DNA from: a bacterium
Lineage (GTDB): Bacteria; Hinthialibacterota; Hinthialibacteria; Hinthialibacterales; Hinthialibacteraceae
Length of the DNA: 64,000 nt
NCBI GenBank assembly: GCA_963663405.2
Contig: CAXXSM010000118.1
Span: 128,001 to 192,000 of the forward strand
Direction of reading: 5' to 3'
The position numbers and the translations under genes are program-made. Shown piece after piece: positions 1-9,851 of the stretch (its first letter is position 1; each line of letters opens with the position of its first letter). The notes beneath the pieces were generated by a model. That model was given only the letters and a program-made list of their open reading frames with translations. It did not search any database and was not told the DNA's origin.

Positions 1-309
1 GATCCATTCAGCCCAACGGATATAGAGAACAATCCCGGCGCGGCGGACCGGTTTTTTCCTCTCCGGCTCTATCAATACCGCAACATCCGGGAAGATCTAA
101 AATATGGCTACCAGGATGATCCAGATCCAAGAGGAGAATGGGTCTCCCGCACATGCGGCCCCGATGGATGGTTCATTTCCTCACCGTCCCGTCTGTACAG
201 GGATATGGCGTATTCCTCATCCAATGGTGTGCTGAGCGTAGGAGATATCATTGTATCCAATTTAGGGATTCTGGGAGAATCGTACCAAGGGAGAGATGGA
301 ACTCTATAA
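1..309 (+). CDS. Partial CDS (3' end): C-terminus of a GspG-like pseudopilin family protein
   Basis: Not in the ORF track. Frame +1 is open from base 1 to TAA 307-309 and reads DPF...YQYRN...WVSRTCGPDG...AYSSSNGVLSVGDII. This matches the C-terminal motifs of the pseudopilins at 45346-45936 (SVGPD..YNPSNGIRSAGDI) and 53910-54476 (GMGPS..YNPSNGTSSEGAI). Confidence 0.75.
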   Translation, partial: DPFSPTDIENNPGAADRFFPLRLYQYRNIREDLKYGYQDDPDPRGEWVSRTCGPDGWFISSPSRLYRDMAYSSSNGVLSVGDIIVSNLGILGESYQGRDGTL

Positions 310-450
310 GTGTTTACACTGATAAATGATAACTAACGGTATAAAAGATCAACAGAATCGAATAGACTCTATTATTCATGGGGATCAACGTATAGAAAAC
401 ACCATGCGTCATACAATTAATCAGCAAAGAGTAGAAAGAAGGAAAAGCGA

Positions 451-1668
451 ATGGACAAAACAGTTTCACGCCGGCAAGCGTTAAAAACCATGAGCCTTTG
501 CGCAATGAGCGCAGCGGTTCCACAATGGAGTTGGGGACAAGACATGGGAAAGAAGGAATTCTTCGTATTTTTTGGAACGTACACTTCGGGGGAGAGTGAA
601 GGAATTTATGTCTACCGTATGGACACAACCTCTGGCGCGCTGCAATATGTGACAAAAGCGGCGGGTGTTGTCAATCCATCGTATTTGGCGATCAGCGGCT
701 GTCACCGTTACCTTTATGCAGTAAATGAAATCTCACGGTTTGAAGGCCAATCAAGCGGAGCGGTCAGCGCCTTTTCCATTGATCAAAAAACTGGAGAACT
801 TACCTTTTTAAATCAGCAACCTTCACACGGCGCGTCTCCTTGTTATGTGACCGTTGATCGTACAAACAAATGGGTGTTAATCGCAAATTACACAGGAGGG
901 AATGTCTGTGCGCTGCCGATCGAGGAGGGGGGACGGCTAGGCGCCGCATCAGATATCGTTCAACACCAGGGAAAAAGCGTCAACCGGAGAAGGCAGAATG
1001 AACCGCATGCCCACTGCATCATCCTTGATTCCACAAACCGGTATGCGTTCGCCGCCGATCTGGGAATTGATAAGATCATGATTTATCAATTTGACGTGGA
1101 AACCGGTAAACTGAAGCCGAACGATCCTCCCTTCGCACAGATTCAAGCAGGGGCGGGACCACGCCATTTCACGTTTCATCCCACTGGCCCATACGCGTTC
1201 TCCATCCAAGAGATCAATTCAACCATCACGTCGTTCCAGTACGATCAAACCAAAGGTTCCCTGAATGAAATCCAGACGCTTTCCACGCTGCCGGAGGATT
1301 ACACAGGGGAAACGTATTGCGCGGACATTCATGTCTCCCCCTGCGGGCAATACCTCTATGGCTCCAACCGGGGACACGACAGTATTGCGATCTTCAAGAT
1401 CGATACCGACACTGGAAAATTAACGCCATTGGGTCATGAATCCACCCAAGGTGAAACACCCAGGAATTTCGCGATCGATCCAACAGGAACGTACCTACTC
1501 GCCGCGAATCAAAAAAGCAATACGATTGTCTCATTTAAAATCGATAAAGAGACCGGACAACTGACCGCCACCGGAGATGTGACCAACGTTCCAACGCCTG
1601 TTTGTATCAAGTTTATGCCGCTTTCAGAAAAATCAATCAGTTCATTCTATCTTGGAGCCAAGATTTAG
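451..1668 (+). CDS. pgl: 6-phosphogluconolactonase / lactonase family beta-propeller, Tat-exported
   Basis: Motifs FGTYT, NPSYLA, ANYTGG, PHAH, ADLGID, GAGPRH, SNRGHDSIA, PRNFAID; twin-arginine leader SRRQALK. Confidence 0.9.
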   Translation: MDKTVSRRQALKTMSLCAMSAAVPQWSWGQDMGKKEFFVFFGTYTSGESEGIYVYRMDTTSGALQYVTKAAGVVNPSYLAISGCHRYLYAVNEISRFEGQSSGAVSAFSIDQKTGELTFLNQQPSHGASPCYVTVDRTNKWVLIANYTGGNVCALPIEEGGRLGAASDIVQHQGKSVNRRRQNEPHAHCIILDSTNRYAFAADLGIDKIMIYQFDVETGKLKPNDPPFAQIQAGAGPRHFTFHPTGPYAFSIQEINSTITSFQYDQTKGSLNEIQTLSTLPEDYTGETYCADIHVSPCGQYLYGSNRGHDSIAIFKIDTDTGKLTPLGHESTQGETPRNFAIDPTGTYLLAANQKSNTIVSFKIDKETGQLTATGDVTNVPTPVCIKFMPLSEKSISSFYLGAKI

Positions 1669-1813
1669 GCTGAAAAAGCGCATATTTGTTATTTTAATCC
1701 ATTGAAGCCGTCTTGATGAACCACTTTAAGAGGATTAACAACCCTTGTAGTTATGTATTGATTGTGATGAGAATTATTTTGAATGCAACGCAAACAAGGG
1801 TTAAAATGAAAAT

Positions 1814-2089
1814 ATGATTCAATCATTTCGGTGTAAAGAAACAGAAAAAATATGGAACGGTTTATACTCATCAAAGTTACCAAGCGACATTCAGAATCGA
1901 GCCTTACGTAAATTGCGTCAGATTGACGCTGCACAAAACCTTAATGATCTACGTATACCACCGGGAAATCATTTAGAATTATTAAAAAGTGAAGAATCAA
2001 TGAGTATACGAATCAACAACCAATGGCGCATATGTTTTGTCTGGAAAGAAACAGACGCTTACAATGTCGAGATTGTAGATTATCACTAA
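1814..2089 (+). CDS. higB: HigB (RelE-like) toxin
   Basis: MIQSFRCKETEKIW...DLRIPPGNHLE...SIRINNQWRICFVW...VEIVDYH is typical of the plasmid-maintenance killer family. Confidence 0.9.
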   Translation: MIQSFRCKETEKIWNGLYSSKLPSDIQNRALRKLRQIDAAQNLNDLRIPPGNHLELLKSEESMSIRINNQWRICFVWKETDAYNVEIVDYH

Positions 2090-2100
2090 AAGAGGTTCTT

Positions 2101-2400
2101 ATGAATAATTTTTTAAAGAATCCACATCCAGGTGAAATATTGCTAAGAGATTTCCTAGAGCCTTTGGGTATGTCTCAAAGCGCCCTGGCAAAAGAAATCG
2201 GGATCCCTGCAAACAGGGTGGATGAGATTGTTCAGGCCCGGCGTAATATTACAGCGGATACTGATTTACGCCTATCACGTTTTTTTGGATTGACTGATGG
2301 TTACTGGCTGCGGCTTCAAAACGCCTATGATATTATGGAAGCGCGCCGCATATCTGGTGATGAGATCCAGAATATTAAAACTCGAAAAGTGTGTGTTTAG
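2101..2400 (+). CDS. higA: HigA antitoxin (XRE HTH)
   Basis: HPGEILLRDFLEPLGMSQSALA...ITADTDLRLSRFFG...YWLRLQNAYD; ATG 2101 with GAGG RBS, directly after higB. Confidence 0.92.
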   Translation: MNNFLKNPHPGEILLRDFLEPLGMSQSALAKEIGIPANRVDEIVQARRNITADTDLRLSRFFGLTDGYWLRLQNAYDIMEARRISGDEIQNIKTRKVCV

Positions 2401-2563
2401 AGTATAAAACACCTTCCCGAGTTCTTTGATATAAAGGTCTTAATCGTCAAAATAGCGCCGCATTGGAATCAATCTGTATACAAGACTCTTCTCCAATTAT
2501 AAGTGTGGGGGCAACTGATCAGGATGTATAATAAGGCGGCGCTAAATCGACACGATTTTTTAA

Positions 2564-2947
2564 TCATATTTGCTGCCGGTTTATATCAGTTTTTTGAACC
2601 TCAAGGCGCTTGCGTACTTGTTCGATAGAATCCGAAACACGGGCCTTGGTTTTGGCGATTTCATGCTCGATGTTCATTTCCTGCCCGAAAACTGCACCGA
2701 TGATAATATATTCATCAAAGCGGTTATAAACGGCAAAATGATTTTTCCCGGCTGGCTGCATGCTGAAAGGATTAGATCGCTCGGTGCGGGCATCGTCTCG
2801 GTTTGGGGTATCAGCAGCCTTTTGAAAGCCCTTATAAATATCCGCCATATATTTTTTGGTGTTGGCTTCACCAAAATTTTCAAGTGATCTTTTTTCGATT
2901 TTCTCAAGCTGACTATACGCTTCGTTGGTGAGCAGATATTTTGCCAT
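2564..2947 (-). CDS. ParE/RelE-family toxin
   Basis: MAKYLLTNEAYSQLEKI...FGEANTKKY...HFAVY...IIIGAVFGQEMN; immediately downstream of an RHH antitoxin. Confidence 0.7.
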   Translation of the reverse strand: MAKYLLTNEAYSQLEKIEKRSLENFGEANTKKYMADIYKGFQKAADTPNRDDARTERSNPFSMQPAGKNHFAVYNRFDEYIIIGAVFGQEMNIEHEIAKTKARVSDSIEQVRKRLEVQKTDINRQQI

Positions 2948-2948
2948 T

Positions 2949-3224
2949 TTATTTCCAGCCGTTCTTGCGTTTTTCCTCGAACAGTTTTCTATCTTCGTAA
3001 AAATCGCCGGTGGATTCAATAACACGCCCATTTACAATATCATCATGGCTGCGCAAGATGCTTTCTGTCATTTGATCGGCTATCGAAGGATTGGTGAGCA
3101 TATCATGCCGGATCAGGTCGCGCACATATTCACTTTGATTGCTGTATAGGCCCTGATTTATAACACTTTCTACATGGTCAAGCATAGCGCCCTCAATGCG
3201 GACATTTAAGCGGGTTTCAGACAT
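2949..3224 (-). CDS. ParD-like ribbon-helix-helix antitoxin
   Basis: RLNVRI...HVESVINQGLYSNQSEYVRDLIRHD; AAGGAG RBS before ATG 3224. Confidence 0.8.
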   Translation of the reverse strand: MSETRLNVRIEGAMLDHVESVINQGLYSNQSEYVRDLIRHDMLTNPSIADQMTESILRSHDDIVNGRVIESTGDFYEDRKLFEEKRKNGWK

Positions 3225-3349
3225 GATAAAACTCCTTTTTAGGTTAAACTTCATATTTATAATTGTAAGTCATGTCTCCAAAAATATCAATAAGAATGTT
3301 GTTTTGTCTGACAACAGGCCGCACAGCGCCTCATGCTTTTATATACTCT

Positions 3350-3623
3350 CATATCCTGGCGAAATATTGTTTAAAGAATTTTGAGCTTGGGTATGTCTCA
3401 AAGCGCCTTGGCAAAAGAAATCGGGATCCCTGCAAACAGGGTGGATGAGATTGTTCAGGCCCGGCGTAATATTACAGCGGATACTGATTTACGCCTATCA
3501 CGTTTTTTTGGATTAACTGATGGTTACTGGCTGCGGCTTCAAAACGCCTATGATATTATGGAAGCGCGCCGCAAATCTGGTGATGAGATCCAGAATATTA
3601 AAACTCGGAAGATGTGTGTTTAG
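3350..3623 (+). pseudogene. higA: Second higA copy with degenerate, frameshifted 5' end
   Basis: 3387-3623 differs from 2164-2400 at 6 of 237 nt. The upstream part reads YPGEILFKEF-stop, out of frame with the rest. Confidence 0.85.
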
Positions 3624-3720
3624 AGTAAAAAAACACCGTTCCGAGTTCTTTCTATGAAGGTTTTTATCGACAAAATAGCGATGGGTTGGAATTACAAGAC
3701 TCTTTTCTTCACTTAATCAC

Positions 3721-5004
3721 TCAAAGATACCACTCTCCTCTACCCGGTCGAAAGAGCATACGGTTCGCCTCATCATCATTCTTGACGATTTCTTTTACAG
3801 GATCCCATTCGAGTTTCCGGCCGAGGATATATGAAATATTCCCCAAAATGCAGAGATTCGCGACGCGAACGCCCGCTTCGATATGCATAAGCGGTTTCTC
3901 ACGGGTTCGAATACAATCCAGCCAATTCTGGAAGTGACCTGGACTTTTAAAGACTTCTACGCCACCACCGGGAACTTGGTATTTCATCGCCTTCTCTTCA
4001 GTTCCACATCCTCCATCCCCGCCGGTGACGATGAGGGTGTCTTTGTCACCCCAGTATTTCGCGCCGAAAGGCGCGTCGAGGAGTTTCTCTCCCGGCTGGG
4101 TCCAAGTCATTGTCCAATCAGGATCTTTAAACTCATATATCACGTTCATCGTACAAGGACAATCCCAGACTCCTTTGTATGGCGGCTCACCAGTAGCTTC
4201 TACGCTGACAGGGCCTGTGTGATCCGCGTTCATCAACCACAACGCGACGCTCATCACGTGGGCGCCCCGGTCACGGATCTGACCGCCTCCAAAATCCAGA
4301 AGCCAGCGAAAATTAAAATGAACTTTTTGCGAATTATACGGCATAGAACGAGCCGGTCCGAGCCACTTATCCCAATCCAGGCTAGGCGGGGAAGTGGAGT
4401 TTGGAGTAGTTCCATCGTCTTTCGGATTCTCATAATGCCAGCACGTCACTTTACGAATGGTTCCAAGATTCCCGTTCCGGATATATTGACAGGCGTGATA
4501 AGCGGCGTCGGTCGACCGGCCTTGAGATCCCACTTGAACCACGCGTGCATACAGATTCGCGGCTTCGACCATCGCCTGCCCTTCTTCGATGGTTTTACAC
4601 GCTGGTTTTTCGACATACACATCCTTTCCGGCTTCACAGGCGTGGACCGTCATGATTCCATGCCAATGATCGGGCGTGCCGATAGTCACCGCGTCGATAT
4701 CCTTTCGATCGAGTAGATCGCGGTAATCTTTATAGAGTCCGGGATTTCCCCGCACACGCTCCGCCGCTCGTTTGAGATGATCATCATCCACATCACAGAT
4801 CGCGGCGGTCATGCCAGGACGGAGAAAAGCGCTTCCCCTCCCTCCTACACCGATATTGCCAAGGACAATTTGATCACTCGGCGCCGCCTCATCCTGCCGG
4901 CCGAGAACACGGCTGGGAACAAACTGAAACGCGGCCACACCTCCCGCCGCCGCCGTGGTCCGCGCGAGAAAAACGCGTCTGGTTGTTTTTCGCTGAATCG
5001 TCAT
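3721..5004 (-). CDS. Gfo/Idh/MocA oxidoreductase, Tat-exported
   Basis: TTRRVFL leader; IGVGGRG, TPDHWH, DVYVEKP, QVGSQGRS. Confidence 0.9.
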   Translation of the reverse strand: MTIQRKTTRRVFLARTTAAAGGVAAFQFVPSRVLGRQDEAAPSDQIVLGNIGVGGRGSAFLRPGMTAAICDVDDDHLKRAAERVRGNPGLYKDYRDLLDRKDIDAVTIGTPDHWHGIMTVHACEAGKDVYVEKPACKTIEEGQAMVEAANLYARVVQVGSQGRSTDAAYHACQYIRNGNLGTIRKVTCWHYENPKDDGTTPNSTSPPSLDWDKWLGPARSMPYNSQKVHFNFRWLLDFGGGQIRDRGAHVMSVALWLMNADHTGPVSVEATGEPPYKGVWDCPCTMNVIYEFKDPDWTMTWTQPGEKLLDAPFGAKYWGDKDTLIVTGGDGGCGTEEKAMKYQVPGGGVEVFKSPGHFQNWLDCIRTREKPLMHIEAGVRVANLCILGNISYILGRKLEWDPVKEIVKNDDEANRMLFRPGRGEWYL

Positions 5005-5130
5005 GCGGATAGTCTCCAATCTATTGAATTCCGTAAAAAACGGAGGTCATAAGCACTGATTCATAGTACACGATTTTGAGTAGGTGATCGAGACTTGTTT
5101 CCAGGAAAAAAGAAATCAGTTCTTTTTTAT

Positions 5131-5188
5131 ATGAAAATGAGTCTTGATGATTTCCTCATTCGAGTTTTTTATCCCGACTCATTTTCAT
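5131..5188. repeat. 13-bp perfect inverted repeat between divergent genes
   Basis: ATGAAAATGAGTC (5131-5143) and GACTCATTTTCAT (5176-5188). Confidence 0.7.
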
Positions 5189-5339
5189 TTGCACGTTGTG
5201 ATCTCAAATCACAATGGTTTTTCTGAATCCGTTATACGATTGCATTTGATAAAAAAAGCGCCTGCGTCACTTTCGCTTGCAACCAGAAAAAAAAGGCGGT
5301 ATAATAAACAATAATAAATCGAAATGGTGAGGTTAGATT

Positions 5340-5774
5340 ATGGTATCCGGTCCCGTTCCTCCAACCTACACACAACCGGTCGCGGCGCCACAAGCCCCTG
5401 CGATTCAACCAGCGCCACAGCAACAACCAGCGCCTCCTCAGCAGACCCCCCCCCCGCCGCAAACAGAAACGATGGCGATTGAGCAGACAAACGGGATGGA
5501 CCGCGCGCAGTTCAGTCAACAAGCGGTCAGCGCGGCGAACAATCGTCCTCAACAGGCTGCTTTAGGCCAATTACGCCCGACAACAACCGCAGGGAACATT
5601 GGCGGACCGTCCTCCCCCACGGCGCCTGGCGTACGTCCTAATGTACAAGGCGGTCCTGAAGCGGTATCAATGAACATAGATACCCCAGCGGCGCCAGCCC
5701 GGAACCAGGGGATCACTCCTCTTTCGCCAACAGAAGATTTGGCTCCGGGTCAACGAATCGATCTTACTGCGTAA
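5340..5774 (+). CDS. Pro/Gln-rich hypothetical protein ending in PGQRIDLTA
   Basis: GAGG RBS; GC-rich ORF in AT-rich flanks; low-complexity body. Confidence 0.7.
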   Translation: MVSGPVPPTYTQPVAAPQAPAIQPAPQQQPAPPQQTPPPPQTETMAIEQTNGMDRAQFSQQAVSAANNRPQQAALGQLRPTTTAGNIGGPSSPTAPGVRPNVQGGPEAVSMNIDTPAAPARNQGITPLSPTEDLAPGQRIDLTA

Positions 5775-6145
5775 AAGTCCTCCCATGGATTCCCTGCCAA
5801 TCAAATACAGATCGTTTTTTATTTCTTTTGGTATTGTTGTTACGATTTAAAGTAGTATAATGATATCACATTTCGCGTCGTAAAAAAAGAATATCCGTCA
5901 CGCGAAACTTTATCACCATATCTATATGCATCTTTTAGTGATAAACATTCAATCTACTTTACATTTTACTTATTTATATGTCCATTGAAGAATCGATTAA
6001 TAAAAGATAAACGAATAAAAAGATATAGTTGGTTTTTAAAATTCCTCTTTATTAAAATCATATATTGACGTATAATTAATAATGTATAGAGGATCATTTA
6101 TGTAATATAAATTGTTTATTCGTAATATCAACAGGATGATTACTG

Positions 6146-6184
6146 ATCCAAATCAGGATTGATAATCAATCCATTGATTTGGAT
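6146..6184. repeat. Imperfect hairpin in a long AT-rich intergenic region
   Basis: ATCCAAATCA-GGATTGAT-A-ATCAATCC-AT-TGATTTGGAT. Confidence 0.55.
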
Positions 6185-6429
6185 TATACAAACGTATTCT
6201 TTCTTTACAAAAGATTATATAACCTGAGTGAATAGGATTTTAATTAGAGTGTAATTTGCAGAAATGATCAATCGTCAGCTGAATCATGGAAACCGGTTAC
6301 AATGAAAGCGGCCATCCTTGTTCAAGGGCGCGACACTCCCCTTTCCTCGATTGATTCGGCTATTATTTTAATAGCGAAACCGCTGATTATTAGGTTTGGT
6401 TTTATGATCATCGCATCATAATATTCTTA

Positions 6430-7104
6430 TTGAATGACAATACTAAAATTATGATTGCTACTTACGATATCAAAGGAATCATTCTCGCAAGTGAATCCCC
6501 CCGCCGGAAACGTTTGCTGGAAAAGATGAATGTCTCGTTCGAAATCATTCCAAGCGGGATTGATGAAATCCAGGTAATGGATGATCTCCCAAACACCTAC
6601 GCAGCGCGGATGGCCTTGCAGAAAGCGTCCAAGGTCGCGGAACAGCGTCCAGACCACTTGGTCATCGGTTCAGATACAGTTGTGGCGATCGAGGACCGGA
6701 TACTTGAGAAACCGAATAACGAAAGAGAAGCGTTTCTTATGCTCAATTTACTATCCGGTCAATGGCACGATGTCTGGACGGGACTCTGCGTCATCTGCCG
6801 AAAATACAATATTGAGATTCTTGAAACCGTGCGATCATCCGTTCTTTTCCGCGATCTGCGAAAAAAGGAGATCGAAACGTATATAAAAACCGGCGAACCG
6901 ATGGATAAAGCCGGTTCTTATGGCATTCAAGGGAAAGCTAGATTTTTCGTGAGAGCGGTTAAAGGATCCTATGACAACATCGTCGGCCTGCCGACGTTTG
7001 AATTGGGCAAGATTTTTTATGAACTGGGAATTGGAGATGGAATTGTCGATCAAAACAAGGTCCAGTCGATCGTCCCATTTAATTCTGCTCCGCAAAACCG
7101 TTGA
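6430..7104 (+). CDS. maf: Maf/YhdE nucleoside triphosphate pyrophosphatase
   Basis: IILASESPRRK, IGSDTVV, ILEKP, GEPMDKAGSYGIQG, NIVGLP. Confidence 0.93.
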   Translation: MNDNTKIMIATYDIKGIILASESPRRKRLLEKMNVSFEIIPSGIDEIQVMDDLPNTYAARMALQKASKVAEQRPDHLVIGSDTVVAIEDRILEKPNNEREAFLMLNLLSGQWHDVWTGLCVICRKYNIEILETVRSSVLFRDLRKKEIETYIKTGEPMDKAGSYGIQGKARFFVRAVKGSYDNIVGLPTFELGKIFYELGIGDGIVDQNKVQSIVPFNSAPQNR

Positions 7105-7523
7105 TTCCCCTTCAAAAGAATATAGTTTGATACACCTGTCGAAATCACAAGTAACTATCCCAAAACCATGAGTGATTAAATACCGATCTTCATGATCCAT
7201 TCAAACAAGCCTGGATTACGATAGATCTATATTACGACATCGCAAACAGAACCGTCGAAGGGATCATCCAAGGGGAAGGAATCACGATCGGATGATAGAA
7301 TTTCTTTTGTTTTCATTATTTCGCTATCCCGTGAAGAACAAACAGCTGGATTTTTCCAAGTTCGCAGTCACAATAATAATAGACGCGGCGGTAGAAATGT
7401 TCTTGGAAGACATCATTTCAAGGAACCTTGATCGGCGCCCTTTCTTGGGGAGGAGAATTCACGTTTCGACTATCAGTCGTTTCGTGATACAAGGCTCATA
7501 CGCCATAGGGTAAACCGTTTATC

Positions 7524-7919
7524 ATGATTGAAATGGAATTTTGTGAATTACGATTGGACGAAACCGGGGCGGATCAGATTGTGATCCTCAAAGAGAAAGA
7601 CGGCGCGCGCATGATGCCCATTATGATTGGGTATTACGAAGCCCATTCGATCCATTTGGCATTGAATGAAATCAAAATTCAACGGCCCCTCACCCACGAT
7701 CTAACGACTCAGATTATTCAATCTCTCGGCGCTAAAATGGAACGGGTGGTGATTAACGATCTGCGAGATTCCACCTTTTTCGCCCGGATTTATTTTGAGA
7801 CCGATTCTGGAATCGTAGACGTCGATTCGCGTCCCAGCGACGCGATCGCTCTCGCAGTAAGGAATGGCGCGTCCATCTACGTCGAACCGGAAGTGCTCGA
7901 ACAAGTCGCGCGGGAATAA
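7524..7919 (+). CDS. Bifunctional nuclease family protein (DUF151)
   Basis: PIMIGYYEA, RPLTHDL, TFFARI, DSRPSDAIALA. Confidence 0.92.
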   Translation: MIEMEFCELRLDETGADQIVILKEKDGARMMPIMIGYYEAHSIHLALNEIKIQRPLTHDLTTQIIQSLGAKMERVVINDLRDSTFFARIYFETDSGIVDVDSRPSDAIALAVRNGASIYVEPEVLEQVARE

Positions 7920-8141
7920 CGCCTTTTACACAATTTACGATTTTCCACGCTCAAAATCAACAATTCTCAGCCGCATTTCCCAACTCTATCGCCATTCCCT
8001 CAATTCATGTGATTTCAAGTTTTTTCTTTTTTTTCTTGCAATCACGCCGGGATGAAATAAACTTCTAATTAGTGAATGAAAAAAATAGGAGGCCGTGGAC
8101 TTATTACTACATCGCTTTGGTAGAAAGGATGTGTTGCTTTC

Positions 8142-8459
8142 ATGATAACCAATCATTTTGAAGACCGAATACGCGTACAAGTGACAAAACGCCTCTCCAA
8201 GCGGGACATCCTGAGTATTGTCGAGGATTTTGCCCGGCAAGGCCTTACTTTCGCCGTCTCCCGGCTGAAATCCGACTATGAAGTATGGCGGGAAATTTTG
8301 CCCGGTGACCAACCCCGGATCAAAAATCGGAAAGACGGGATGTCCTTTGCCGGTGTCATCGCGGAAGATAAAAACGATTTGGAACAACGAAATTTTATCT
8401 GCATCTGGGATCACGGTAATTTGGTGCATGGAGATCCAACCGAATTTAAATTAAAATAG
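8142..8459 (+). CDS. Hypothetical protein
   Basis: 105-aa ORF with AAGGA RBS, followed by an intrinsic terminator. Confidence 0.6.
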   Translation: MITNHFEDRIRVQVTKRLSKRDILSIVEDFARQGLTFAVSRLKSDYEVWREILPGDQPRIKNRKDGMSFAGVIAEDKNDLEQRNFICIWDHGNLVHGDPTEFKLK

Positions 8460-8491
8460 AAGAAGATCGGCGTCACACAACATATTCATAT

Positions 8492-8523
8492 AACGGCCTT
8501 CCCGCCAAGGGGGGCCGTTTTTA
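8492..8523 (+). terminator. Rho-independent terminator
   Basis: AACGGCCTTCCC-loop-GGGGGGCCGTT followed by a T run. Confidence 0.75.
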
Positions 8524-8668
8524 ATTGTTTAACAAGAACAATTGCATAGAAACATTATTCTGGTTAGTGAAATGACATTGAATATCAAACAAATCCGTAA
8601 ATAATACGTAGATCCTTATTCTCATTCACCGTTAGTAATTTAGATTTTTTCCAATCGATGTATGAACA

Positions 8669-9841
8669 ATGAAAATACTATTTGTGACCCCATGTGTTCC
8701 GACAAAAACCGATGGACGGCGGCCGTACAATTTTATCAAGTATCTCTCGAAGCAACACAAAATACATCTCGCGGCCCTAATTTTACCAAACCAACAACCC
8801 TCCGATATCCGGCGGATTCAAAATTTGGGAGTCCAAGTCACTTCGATTGAGGTCGCGCCTTCACGCTCCATGCTGAATTGTCTTTTCGGTTTACCCCTAG
8901 CGCGTCCGCTGCGGGTTTCCTGGTGCCAATATCAAGATATGCGCAACGCAATCGAAATGATCCTCGAAAAAGACCATTATGACATCATTCATGTCGACCG
9001 GATGCGTATGGGACAATATGCGCGGGGCTTGCAACCCAAAAAAGTGATCGATTTCACCGATTCCCTGCTCCTTTATTTGGAACGCTCCCGGCCTGTCCGC
9101 CGCCGCTGTGGGGAACGCTGTGTGGACTGGTGGGAATCTCGTGTCATTCCCGCTTACGAACGGAAATTATTGCGGTACGCGGACGCTTCAATCGTCTGTT
9201 CAGACGTGGACGCTCAGATTTTTCACCAAACCCACCCCGGCTCATCTTTTGAGGTTGTGGAAAACGGTGTCGACCTCACACAATTCACTCCCAAAACCCA
9301 CGATCCCAATCACTTTCCCCGCTGTATTATCACCGGCACACTCTTTTATTTCCCGAATATCGACAGTGTGCTGTATTATACGGAAAAATGTCTGCCTTGT
9401 ATCCGCAAAACCTATCCGGAAATGGAAACTCTCGTGCTGGGCACGCGCCCTTCCCGTGAAATTCAAAAACTCGATGGGAAGATGGGCGTACAGGTCTATC
9501 CTGATATCCCACGCATGGAAGATTGGCTCTATTCCGACGATATTTATCTCTGTCCACTGCGCGTAGGGGCGGGAGTGCGTAATAAACTCATGGAGGCGAT
9601 GGCGGTGGGGATGCCTATCGTAACTACTCCCCTTGGTCCAGAAGGAATGAACGTAAAACATGAAAAAGAAATGCTCTTCGCCGAAACACCTGAAGAATTC
9701 GAACAGCAGATTACACGGTTGATAGAATCCCCCGATTTACGCCGCTCACTCAGTGAAAACGCCCTAAATTACGTACGCGACCACCATGATTTAGAAATCG
9801 TTGGCGCAAAATTGGAACGCCTTTATGAAAGTCTGCTATAG
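8669..9841 (+). CDS. Glycosyltransferase family 4
   Basis: MKILFVTP, VENGVD, GAGVRNKLMEAMAVGMPIVTT. Confidence 0.9.
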   Translation: MKILFVTPCVPTKTDGRRPYNFIKYLSKQHKIHLAALILPNQQPSDIRRIQNLGVQVTSIEVAPSRSMLNCLFGLPLARPLRVSWCQYQDMRNAIEMILEKDHYDIIHVDRMRMGQYARGLQPKKVIDFTDSLLLYLERSRPVRRRCGERCVDWWESRVIPAYERKLLRYADASIVCSDVDAQIFHQTHPGSSFEVVENGVDLTQFTPKTHDPNHFPRCIITGTLFYFPNIDSVLYYTEKCLPCIRKTYPEMETLVLGTRPSREIQKLDGKMGVQVYPDIPRMEDWLYSDDIYLCPLRVGAGVRNKLMEAMAVGMPIVTTPLGPEGMNVKHEKEMLFAETPEEFEQQITRLIESPDLRRSLSENALNYVRDHHDLEIVGAKLERLYESLL

Positions 9842-9851
9842 TATCTTCCAG

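Noticed and set aside
3883-4716. 277-aa plus-strand ORF and similar long antisense ORFs (e.g. 37764-38216, 59164-59685)
   Set aside because: They are shadows of well-supported genes on the opposite strand and carry no recognisable motifs
5446-5455. Phase-variable C10 tract
   Set aside because: It is in frame and encodes TPPPP in a Pro-rich protein, so composition explains it
6270-6350. c-di-AMP riboswitch suggested by GCTGAATC
   Set aside because: The remaining conserved elements are not recognisable
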